Origin: an uncultured Solirubrobacterales bacterium | GTDB taxonomy: Bacteria > Actinomycetota > Thermoleophilia > Solirubrobacterales > 70-9 | DNA length: 64,000 nt | Reading direction: 5' to 3' | Assembly: GCA_963733075.1 (NCBI GenBank) | Contig: CAVTCA010000022.1 | Span: 41,709 to 105,708 of the forward strand | Part shown: positions 31,841 to 40,722 of the stretch, piece by piece | Numbering within the stretch: the first letter of the stretch is position 1 | Layout of the letters: every line of letters starts with the position of its first letter | Position numbers and translations under genes: made by a program | Notes under the pieces: generated by a model | Seen by the model: the letters and a program-made list of their open reading frames with translations, nothing else | What the model was told of the DNA's origin: nothing | The model's database searches: none

Positions 31841-33233
31841 CGATCTCCCGCCGGCGCGCGATCGCGATCGGCAGCAGCGCCGCGAGCGCGAAGCCGGCCG
31901 CGATCAGGAACGAGGCGCTGAACGCGTGCGTCGCGGCGCGGTCGATCTCCGACTCGATCGCGGTCCGCAGCGCCACCGTCGCGTCGCGCTCGGCCGGATC
32001 GGAGGGCAACGGCTCGAACGCCGGGCCGACGATCGGCACCTTGTCGCCCTCGGCGGCGATCTGGTCGGCGATCCGCTCTGCGAGGTCGAGCTTCGAGCTC
32101 GGGTCGATGCCGGCGTCGAGCAGCGCCGCGATCCCCGACTGCTCGGCGTTGGCGCGCTCGGTCTCGAGGTCGGCGGTGAACACCGGCGTCAGCACGAGCA
32201 GCCCGGCGACGACGCCGGCGTGGCGGGAGGCGATCGTCCAGCCGCCGTGGATCGCCTGCGGCGAGCGCCCGGCGAGCGCCGCCTCGGTGAGCGCCGACAG
32301 GGTCAGCGCGAGGCCGGCGCCGACGAGCACCTGCGGCGGCAGCGTGAGCGCGACCGAGGCGTCCGGCAGCAGGCCGAGCCCGGCGAGGCCGCCGGCGATC
32401 AGGATCGCGCCGGCCGCGGCGCGGGCGCGGGCGGACTCGACCCGGCGGGCGAGCGGGGCCGCCGCAAGCGAGGCGATCGGCAGCACGGTGACCGCCGCCG
32501 CGGCCGCGATCGGGGTCAGGCGCCAGCCCTCGATCAGCAGCAGGACGACCAGGAAGAGCGCCGCCGCGAGCGCGGCCGAGATCAGGGCCAGGGCCGCGTT
32601 CGCGGCCAGGTGCGGGCGCCCGGCGGTGCGCACCTCCCCGACGACCCGCTCCCGGCTCCGCTCCGCGATCGCCGCGGGCGCGAGCACCACCGCGCAGGCG
32701 ATCGCCGCCGGGACCTGGACGAGGAAGATCGACTGCCAGGAGACCAGCTCGGTGAGCAGGCCGCCGACCCCGGGCCCGAGCGCGGCGCCGAGCGCGCCCG
32801 AGGCGGCCCAGACGGTCGCCGCGCGGCGCTCGGAGCCGACCACCGCCGGCAGCAGCTCGAGCGAGGCGCAGACCGCCGCCGCGCCGCCGACGGCCTGCAC
32901 GCAGCGCGCGACCAGCAGCACCTCGATCGAGCCGGCGAGGCCGCAGACGAGGCTGGCAGCCGGCGAAGACGAGGATCCCGCCGAGCGCGATCCGGGCCGG
33001 TCCCAGCCGCGGGCCGCCGCCGCCGCCGGCAGCGCCGCGATCGCGAGCACGAGGTTGAAGGCGATCAGGACCCAGGTGACCGCGCTGACCGAGACGTCGA
33101 GCTCGCGGTAGATCTCCGGCAGCGCGAGGACGACGACCGAGGAGTCGGCCAGCACCAGCCCCACCACGACCGCGAGCGCCGCCCGCAGCGCGCCGGCACG
33201 CGGGCTCACTCCGCCACCTCGATCCAGTCCCAT
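31833..33233 (-). CDS. MFS transporter; contains a compensated pair of frame shifts about 32955-32995
   Basis: ...LADSSVVVLALPEIYRELDVS...VARCVQAVGGAAA... plus about 12 TM segments and a long C-terminal soluble tail. Starts are ATG 33233 or GTG 33209. The latter forms a GTGA overlap with the upstream stop. Confidence 0.8.
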   Translation of the reverse strand: MGLDRGGGVSPRAGALRAALAVVVGLVLADSSVVVLALPEIYRELDVSVSAVTWVLIAFNLVLAIAALPAAAAARGWDRPGSRSAGSSSSPAASLVCGLAGSIEVLLVARCVQAVGGAAAVCASLELLPAVVGSERRAATVWAASGALGAALGPGVGGLLTELVSWQSIFLVQVPAAIACAVVLAPAAIAERSRERVVGEVRTAGRPHLAANAALALISAALAAALFLVVLLLIEGWRLTPIAAAAAVTVLPIASLAAAPLARRVESARARAAAGAILIAGGLAGLGLLPDASVALTLPPQVLVGAGLALTLSALTEAALAGRSPQAIHGGWTIASRHAGVVAGLLVLTPVFTADLETERANAEQSGIAALLDAGIDPSSKLDLAERIADQIAAEGDKVPIVGPAFEPLPSDPAERDATVALRTAIESEIDRAATHAFSASFLIAAGFALAALLPIAIARRREIGL

Positions 33234-35558
33234 GGTCGACCGCAGAGGTTGCTGGCTTCGGCGGCCGGAACCCGGACCAGCCGGGTCGAGGCGGCGTCCG
33301 TCGAGCTCAGCACCAGCGGCCCGACCGCGCCCGCGTCCCCGCCGCTGCCCGGGTGCAGGTCGGCACCGCCGATCCTGACCTCGATCTCGTGCGACCCGCG
33401 ACCGAGCTCTGCCGCGCCGAGCCGCACGTACTGGCCGCGGTTGTTGAGCTGATGGCGGACCTCGCCGGCCGACTCGCCGTCGACCAGCAGCTCGACGTCG
33501 GGCCGCAGCGAGCCGCCGAGCCAGATCTCGTATTCGGCCGGGCGCCCGATCACGACCCGGGCCGCGATCGCGCCCGGCGTCCGCGGCACCGGTGCGTAGC
33601 GGGTCGCCGGGGTCGCCCACGAGCCCGGGTAGCGCGCCTCGGAGAGCGGCACGATCACCGGGGTCTCGCCGGCGGCCACGACCAGGTCACCGCGCTCGGC
33701 GAGCTCCAGGACCCTGGCGCAGACCGGCGTCGCGTACGGGTCGTAGCGACCGCCGAGCGGCAGGCGCTCGGGCAGCAGCGAGGCGTTCGCCGGGCGCTGC
33801 CAGGCCTCGTAGGACTCCCCCCGCCAGACCAGGCGGTAGGGAGAGGGCGGGCGGCTCTGCGCCGGCGAGCGTCGCAGGACGAGGGTCCGGTAGTAGCCCA
33901 GGGCGAGCGGATCGACCTCGTCGGTGTCGGCGAAGCCACCCTTCTCGACCGTCGTGCCGTCGCGTAGCGGGATCGTCCGCCGCCGCAGCTCCGAGATCCC
34001 CTCCGGGTCGGAGTCGCGAAGGAAGTGGCGGACGCCGTAGGGCTCGTACTCGGTCATCAGCGTCGGGCCCTCGCCGGCGACCAGCTCGCCGATCCGCTCG
34101 AGCTCCGCGAGCTGGACCGAGGAGCGAGGCTGACGCCGCCGTAGCCGAGCGCGTTCGACCAGACGACTCCGCCGGCGATCACGAGCGCCAGGGCGCCGGC
34201 CGCGACTCCCCGCCCCGCGCCGGCCAGCCAGCCGACCCCGAGCATGGCCGCGAACGGAATCGCCGGCGAAGCCGTGGCCAGCGCCTTGCCGCCGACCCAC
34301 GGCGAACCCACGAGCGACGAGCGCTGCGCAGGCGACGAGGGCGCCGAGCACGTACAGCGCCGGGCCCGGCGCGCGGCGGCCGATCGACCAGGCGAGGCCG
34401 GCGGCCGCGGCGGCGCAGGCCGCCGCGATCAGGCCGTACGCGACGAGCTCGTGCGTCGGGGCGCAGCCGGAAGTCGCCCGACGGCCAGATTCCGGCAGCC
34501 TGCCACGGGTCCAGCGGCCCGATCAGGTTGCCGCGCGCCGTGGCGTCGGTGAGCGGCGAGGACGTCGGCGGCAGGAGCGCGCCGGCGGCGATCAACGGCA
34601 GGCTGAGCAGGGCGACGCCGCCGCCGACCGCGGCGGCGCGCAGCGAGGCCCTCACCGCTCCGATTCGCCGAGCGAGCAGCGCGACGCCTCCGGCGAGCGG
34701 CGGCAGCAACCAGACCAGGCCGCCGGCGCTCAGGACCCCGAGGAGCGCCGCGGCGGCGACCCCCGGCGCCACGAGCACCCGCCGATCGCCGGGTCGCTCG
34801 ACCGCCCGCAGCGTCAGCGCCACGACCGCGGCGAGCAGCGCGGCCGCCGCCACCTCCTTGATCCCGCCCCAGAGGTAGTAGCCGAAGAGCAGCGCCGGCT
34901 GAGCGCCGATGAAGGCGGCGCCGGCGCGCAGAGCGGGCGACGCGGCCAACGGCGTCGCCAGCGACCAAAGGCCGAGCGCAAGCAGCGCCCCGGCGAAGGC
35001 GATGTAGGGCTGGATCAGCCAGGCGGCGTCGGTGCCGAGCAGCACGGCGCCGACGCCGAAGGGCAGGAAGACGCCGACCGGATAGCCCTCGCCGAGATTG
35101 AAGCGCAGCGTCGCCTCGTAGCTGGAGGGCGCGAGCCCGTCGAGGTCGCGCCCGTGCTCGATCACCCGGTCGGTGAGCGCGAGCCAGGTCGCGGTGTCGT
35201 CGAGCTTGATGAAGCCGGCGATCGTCGGCTCGCCGGAGAGCACGATCGGCGCCGCGTAGACGGCGAACACCGCCGCGGCGACCGCCGCGGGCCAGGCCGC
35301 GCCCGGCAGCAGGCGCCTCGGCGCTCCGAGCCCGAACCCCGCGACCGCGAACGCCAAAGCGGCGGGCGCGGTCAGCTCCGCGGTGACCTCGGAGAGGGTC
35401 AGGAACTGCGCCAGGACGATCAGCACGGCGAAGCCGGTCACGGGGATCAGGGCCGGCGGCAGCCGGCGGCCGCAGATCGCGTCGACGAGCAGCCCGCTGC
35501 CGGCGCTCAGCGCCGCCAGCAGGAGCGGGAAGCCCACCCAGGCGACGATCAGGTCCAC
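33206..35558 (-). CDS. large polytopic membrane protein with C-terminal extracytoplasmic domain (glycosyltransferase-C-like architecture suspected); several frame shifts between about 34130 and 34470
   Basis: The N-terminal multi-TM part is in ORF 34179..35558 (MDLIVAWVGFPLLLAALSAG...YLWGGIKEVAAAALL...). Further TMs are in ORF 34057..34311. The soluble C-terminal 300 aa are in ORF 33206..34351 (...YEPYGVRHFLRD...YRLVWRGESYEAWQRP...). Confidence 0.5.
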
Positions 35559-35570
35559 GGCCGGCTACGA

Positions 35571-36134
35571 CTACAGGCCGAGATCGTCGGCGTAGTTGTC
35601 GCGGTACTGGTCGCGCTTCTCGAGCACCTGCTCGACGTAGGCGCGAGTCTCGGGAAAGCGGATCTGATCGAGCTCGCAACGTCGCCCCGCCCCACGCGTC
35701 GACGTTTCCGCTGCCGGCGTTGTAGGCGGCGAGCGCGGCGATCACGTTGCCGTCGTACTGGTCGAGCAGGTCGCGCAGGTGAAACGAGCCGTAGCTGATG
35801 TTGATCTGCGGGTCCTCGAGGTCCTCGACCGTGAACGCGGTCCCGCCGCTCTCCTCGGCGATCGCCTGCGGCGGTCGCCGGGGTCACCTGCATCAGCCCG
35901 CGGGCGTCGGCGCCCGACCTCGCCGCCGAGTCGAACCCCGACTCCTCGTTGATCACCGCGGCGATCAGCGCCGGGTCGAGGTCCTTGTCCGCCGCCTGCT
36001 GGCGGATGATGTCGTCGTGTCGCAGGGGCAGGGTGACCTCCTTGATCGCCTCGCCGATGTCGAGCGCGCTGACCGCCAGCACCGCGGCCCCGGCCAGCGC
36101 CGCTCCGATCGCCAGCGCACCGCCCGCGGGTCAA
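35571..36134 (-). CDS. lytic transglycosylase (SLT domain), membrane-anchored; at least 3 frame shifts
   Basis: ALIAAVINEESGFDSAARSGADARGLMQVTPATA (ORF 35549..36082), AYNAGSGNVDAWGG (ORF 34429..35745 frame), and a C-terminus FPETRAYVEQVLEKRDQYRDNYADDLGL-stop at 35571 from my own translation. The TTG 36134 start is tentative. Confidence 0.7.
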
Positions 36135-36751
36135 CCGCGGTCGCCCTCCGCCGCCCTGAGCGTCGGCCACCAGCGCCTCGACCTGCTCGTCGAGCTGATC
36201 GAGCCCCCCGTCGTTGCGGACCACGTAGGTCGCCCGCGTCGCCTTCTCCTCCTGTGAGAGCTGGCGTCCCGAGCGGCCCTCGAGCTCGAGCGTCCCGCGC
36301 GCGCCGGCGCGCTCGGCCCGCAGCCGCTCGGGCGCGACCACGCAGATCGTCGCGTCGAACACGGCCTCGATCCCGGTCTCGAACAGCAGCGGGACCTCGA
36401 CCACCGCGAGCGGCGTGCCGGCCGCCAGCGTCTCGCGCCAGGCCGCGATCCGCTCGCCGACGAGCGGGTGCAGGGTGGACTCGAGCCAGCGCAGCTCCTC
36501 GGGCCGCTCGAAGACGATCCCGCCCACCCGCGCGCGGTCGACCGCCCCGCCCGGCGCCACCTGCTCGCCCCAGCGGCCGACCAGCAGGTCGCGGACACGC
36601 TCGGTCCCGAGCAGCTCGTGGACGACCGCGTCGGCGGACAGGGTCGCCGCGCCGTGCCGCTCGAGCGCGGCGAGGGTCTCGCTCTTGCCGGCGGCGATCG
36701 CTCCGGTCAGGCCGAGGACCGGGACCCGGGGGACGCGGGCGCGGCGGCCAC
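36131..36751 (-). CDS. coaE: dephospho-CoA kinase; frame shifts near both ends
   Basis: Own translation: VPVLGLTGAIAAGKSETLAALERHGAATLSADAVVHELL...VVEVPLLFETGIEAVFDATICVVAP. The only start (GTG 36751) is in another frame and joins across the C3G5 run at 36725-36732. It lies directly downstream of rpsA. Confidence 0.8.
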
Positions 36752-36761
36752 CGCGCCTGCC

Positions 36762-38205
36762 TCAGGATGCTTGGTCGGACTCGGCGGCAGCCGGTTCGTC
36801 GGCAGCCGCGTCCTCGGCGGCCTCCTCGACGACCTGCTCGGCCGGCGGCTCCGGATCGGCCGCCTCGATCGCCGCGGGCGGCTCAGCCGCATCGGCCGGC
36901 GCCTCGGGCACGGGTGCCTCGGGCGCGGGCTCGGAGAACACCTCCTCGGAGAGGTCGAGGTCGGGCACGCCGGTCTCGGACTCGGCGGCCGGCGGCGGCT
37001 GGTTGCCCGGCTGCAGCTCGGGCGGGATCAGATCGCGCAGCGGCAGGTTGTCGTTCGCCTGTGCGCGCTTGACGCTGAGCGAGATCCGGCGCCGCTCCTC
37101 GTCGATCTCGAGGATCCGCACCCAGGTCTCCTGGCCCGGGCTGGACGACCTCGCCCGGGGTCTCGACGTGGTGCTCGGCGAGCTCGGAGATGTGGACGAG
37201 GCCCTCGACGCCGGGAACGATCTCGACGAAGGCGCCGAAGGCGACGACCTTGGTCACCTTGCCCTCGAGGATGTCGTTCGGCTTGTACTCGTTGAGGACC
37301 GTCTGCCAGGGGTCCTCCTGGGTCTGCTTGAGGCCGAGCGAGATCCGCTGGCGGTCGCGGTCGATGTCGAGCACCTTGACCCGCACCGTCTCGCCGATCG
37401 ACAGCACCTCGGAGGGATGATTGACGTGGCTCCAGGAGAGCTCGGAGATGTGGATCAGGCCGTCGATGCCCTCGAGGTCGACGAAGGCGCCGAAGTCGAC
37501 GATGTTCGAGATCTTGCCCTCGACGACCATCCCGGGCTGCAGACGCCCGAGGATCTGCTCGCGGACCTCCTTGCGCTCCTCCTCGAGCACCGCGCGCCGC
37601 GAGAGGACGACGTTGTTGCGCGAGCGGTTGAGCTCGATCACCTTGCACTCGAGCGTCTGGCCCTTGAACTCGTCGAGGTTGTGGACGCGGCGGATGTCGA
37701 CCAGCGAGGCGGGCAGGAAGCCACGGACGCCGAGGTCGAGGATCAGGCCACCCTTGACGACCTCGATCACGCTGCCCTCGACCGGCTCCCCGGTGTCGGC
37801 GGCGACCTCGATCTTGCGCCAGGCCTTCTCGAAGCGGGCGCGCTTCTTGGAGAGCACCAGGCGGCCCTCCTGGTCCTCCTTGGTGAGCACCAGGGCGTCG
37901 ACCTGCTCGCCCAGCGCGACCTCCTCCGATGGGTCGACCGAGCGCCGGATCGAGAGCTCGTTGGCCGGGATGACGCCCTCGGACTTGTAGCCGATGTCGA
38001 CCAGGACCTCGTCCTTGTCGATGCGAACGACCTCGCCGGCGACCACGTCGCCCTCCTCGAAGGGCTTGATCGTGGCGTCGTAGTTGGGGACGAGCTTGCC
38101 GTCGACCTCGATCAGCAGATCGGTGGAGCCGCCGTTCGTGGCCGAGGGCGGCGCGCTCGGGGGCGTTTCCGGCGCAGCCTCGGTCGTTGTGTCGGTCGCG
38201 GACAC
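36762..38205 (-). CDS. rpsA: 30S ribosomal protein S1; one frame shift about 37135
   Basis: ORF 36883..38205 carries the S1 repeats (GDVVAGEVVRIDKDEVLVDIGYKSEGVIP..., GMVVEGKISNIVDFGAFVDL..., ILEGKVTKVVAFGAFVEI...). It continues in ORF 36762..37121 (VRILEIDEERRRISLSVKRA...). Confidence 0.95.
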
Positions 38206-38262
38206 GGCGGATAACTATAGGGGGGCGCCGTCCGTAAGCGTGGTTCGTCGCGCCCGGCCGAG

Positions 38263-38955
38263 CTAACGCGCGCGCCCGAAGATCCGCAACAGGAACAGGA
38301 ACAGGTTGATGAAGTCGAGGTAGAGCGCCAGCGCGCCGAGGATCGACGCTCGTTGCTCCGCGTCGCCCTCGAGCCCGGCCTGCGCAAAGCCCTTGATCTT
38401 CTGCATGTCGTAGGCGGTCAGCCCGGCGAAGATCGCGACGCCCGCGTAGGTGGTGATCCAGTAGAGGGCCTCGCTGGCGACGAAGATGTTGACGATCGTC
38501 GCCAGGATCAGGCCGACGAGCGCCATCAACAGCACCGTGCCCATGGTCGACAGGTCGCGCTTGGTCAGATAGCCCCAGGCGCCGACGGCGCCGAACATCG
38601 CCGCGGTGATCAGGAAGGTGGTGAAGATCGACTGCGCGGTGTACAGCTCGAACACGAGCGCGAAGATCACGCCGATGCTGGCCGCGTAGAGGAAGAAGAG
38701 GCCCAGGGCGACCGCCGGCGAGAGCCTGTCGATCGCCGCCGAGATCGTGATCACCAGGGCGATCTGGGCGACGAAGAGGCCGATCATGATCCACGGGCTC
38801 TCGGTGATGTCGGTGAGCAGCGTGTCGCTCGACCCGATCGCGGCGGCCGCGAGGCCGGTGATCACGAGCCCGATGAACATCCAGCCGAAGACCTTGGCCA
38901 GGAAGGCCTGGGTGTCGGAGGTGGCGACCGCCGGCGGTGTTGCCGCGTACTCCAT
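38263..38955 (-). CDS. Bax inhibitor-1 / YccA family membrane protein
   Basis: From ATG 38955: ...FLAKVFGWMFIGLVITGL...YLTKRDLS...GLTAYDMQKIK...GALALYLDFINLFLFLLRIFG. Confidence 0.85.
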   Translation of the reverse strand: MEYAATPPAVATSDTQAFLAKVFGWMFIGLVITGLAAAAIGSSDTLLTDITESPWIMIGLFVAQIALVITISAAIDRLSPAVALGLFFLYAASIGVIFALVFELYTAQSIFTTFLITAAMFGAVGAWGYLTKRDLSTMGTVLLMALVGLILATIVNIFVASEALYWITTYAGVAIFAGLTAYDMQKIKGFAQAGLEGDAEQRASILGALALYLDFINLFLFLLRIFGRAR

Positions 38956-38983
38956 GCGGGGCGAACGGTACCCTCGCCGCACG

Positions 38984-40168
38984 ATGCCACGGCGGGCGAC
39001 AAAGCGCGGCGGCGAGCGCACGGCCCTCGGCGGCGAGTACGACGTGCTCATCTGCGGCGCGAGCTTCGCCGGACTCGCGGTGGCCCGTGAGCTCGCCGGC
39101 TCGGGAGCCCGGACGCTGGTCGTCGACCGCTACGAGATCGGCGAACGGCAGACCTCGGCGTGCGCGGCCCCGACCGAGTGGCTCGAGGCCATCGGGCTGA
39201 CGTCTTCGATCCGCCAGACCTTCGGCACCCTGGTCGTCCACACCCCGCACACGACCGTCGACTTCCGGCTTCCGTGGACGTTCTCCACCTTCGACTACCC
39301 CGAGCTCTGCAGGCTGCTCTGGGAGCAGTGCGAGGCGGAGTTCGAGACGGCGACGGTCGAGGGCCTGGCTCTCCGTGCACCGAACGAGCAACGAGCAACG
39401 AGCAACGAGCAACCCGGAGGCCCGATCGCGATCGAGACCGACCGCGGCGTCGTCAGCGCCCCGCTCGTCGTCGACGCCCTCGGCTGGAAGCGGGTGCTCG
39501 CCCGTAACGGCTACCAGCCTCCGGAGGCGCCGCTCTCACGCGGGCTCGAGGTTCACCCCTTCGGATCCTCGGACCGGCTCGAGATCTGGATCGACCGCGA
39601 CTACGTCCCGGCGGGCTACGGCTGGAGCTTCCCGGCAGCGGACGAGGTCCGAATCGGCGTCGGCTCGTTCGATCCTCGATTCCACGTCAAGGAGCCGACC
39701 GTTCGCCTGGCCGCCGACCTCGAGCGCGAGGCGGTGCGCTACCAGGGCAACTGGATCCCGCACAAGCTGCGCGACGCGACCGGCGACGGCGTGTTCTTCG
39801 TCGGCGACTCGGCCGGGCACTGCCTGCCGCTGACGGCGGAGGGGATTCGCACGGCGTTCTACTTCGGGATCGCCTGCGGGCGCGAGCTGCGAGGCGTGGT
39901 CGAGGGCCGCGCCGACCGGGAGGCGGCGCTGCGCCGCTACGGCGAGTTCTCGGCCGGCCACGAGTGGAAGTTCGAGTGGATGCTGCGGACCCAGCGGCTG
40001 GTCCCGCGGCTGCCGCCGAGGCTGCTCGCCGCCGCGCTCAACCAGATCGGCCGCGACTCGTTCGTGAGCTGGGCGTTCGGCCATTACCTGCGGATCGCGC
40101 CTCCCTCGTTCGCGCGGGCGCCGGAGCCGCCCGCCGGCGCCAGGGCCGAGGTCCCGGTCGCCGCGTAG
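38984..40168 (+). CDS. FAD-dependent oxidoreductase, geranylgeranyl reductase family
   Basis: YDVLICGASFAGLAVARELAGSG (FAD GxGxxG)...VVDALGW...GYGWSFPA...FFVGDSAGHCLPLTAEGI. The alternative start ATG 38954 is in frame. Confidence 0.8.
   Translation: MPRRATKRGGERTALGGEYDVLICGASFAGLAVARELAGSGARTLVVDRYEIGERQTSACAAPTEWLEAIGLTSSIRQTFGTLVVHTPHTTVDFRLPWTFSTFDYPELCRLLWEQCEAEFETATVEGLALRAPNEQRATSNEQPGGPIAIETDRGVVSAPLVVDALGWKRVLARNGYQPPEAPLSRGLEVHPFGSSDRLEIWIDRDYVPAGYGWSFPAADEVRIGVGSFDPRFHVKEPTVRLAADLEREAVRYQGNWIPHKLRDATGDGVFFVGDSAGHCLPLTAEGIRTAFYFGIACGRELRGVVEGRADREAALRRYGEFSAGHEWKFEWMLRTQRLVPRLPPRLLAAALNQIGRDSFVSWAFGHYLRIAPPSFARAPEPPAGARAEVPVAA
39383..39413 (+). repeat. heptanucleotide tandem repeat (AACGAGC) x 4.4 inside the reductase CDS
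   Basis: Perfect 7-nt periodicity from 39383 to 39413. It is translated as NEQRATSNEQP. Confidence 0.95.
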
Positions 40169-40176
40169 CCTCTGGC

Positions 40177-40614
40177 TCAGCGGACGATCAGGAACGTCCC
40201 GACGAGCAGCAGGGCCACGCCGAGCACGCGCTCGACCGTGATCGGCTGCTCCTCGAGCCCGAGGATGCCGAGGCGGTCGATGACCACCGAGAGCGTCAGC
40301 TGCCCGGTGATCGTCGCCGCCGCCACGCCACCGGCGCCGATCGAGCTCACCGTGACCAGCGCGGTGAACACGTACGCGGCGCCGAGCACGCCGCCCAGCA
40401 GGTAGTACCAGCGCACGTCGAGCGCCGACCCCAACCCGCCCGCCTGCCCGGCGATCGCGACGATCGCCGCCAGCACCAGGGTGCCGACCGCGAACGAGAC
40501 CAGTGCCGCGGCGATGTTCCCGGTCGCGCGGCCGAGCCCGGCGTTGATCGCCGGTTGCAGGGCAATCAGCCCGCCCACCGCCGCCATCAAGGTGACCGCC
40601 ACGCTCCGGTCCAT
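40177..40614 (-). CDS. DMT-superfamily small membrane protein (DUF606/YdcZ-like)
   Basis: Intact 145 aa with 4-5 TM segments: ...LQPAINAGLGRATGN...WYYLLGGVLGAAYVFTALV... Confidence 0.65.
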   Translation of the reverse strand: MDRSVAVTLMAAVGGLIALQPAINAGLGRATGNIAAALVSFAVGTLVLAAIVAIAGQAGGLGSALDVRWYYLLGGVLGAAYVFTALVTVSSIGAGGVAAATITGQLTLSVVIDRLGILGLEEQPITVERVLGVALLLVGTFLIVR

Positions 40615-40722
40615 GCGCGAGGACTCTAGCCTCGGGAACTCGTGCGTGATGGTCGCTGGGCCGGGGTGTTGAAGGGCCAGACGATGCTCTCACCCGTAGG
40701 ACGGGTAGTGACGAAGGAGCGA

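Noticed and set aside
38953-38956. Overlapping divergent start codons (CATG) of the BI-1 gene and the reductase ORF
   Set aside because: The reductase more likely starts at the downstream ATG 38984, so the overlap is probably not real.
40635-40639. GGAAC motif upstream of the ECF sigma gene as an autoregulated ECF promoter -35 element
   Set aside because: No convincing CGT/GTC-type -10 element at the expected 16-17 nt spacing. A single pentamer is too weak as evidence.
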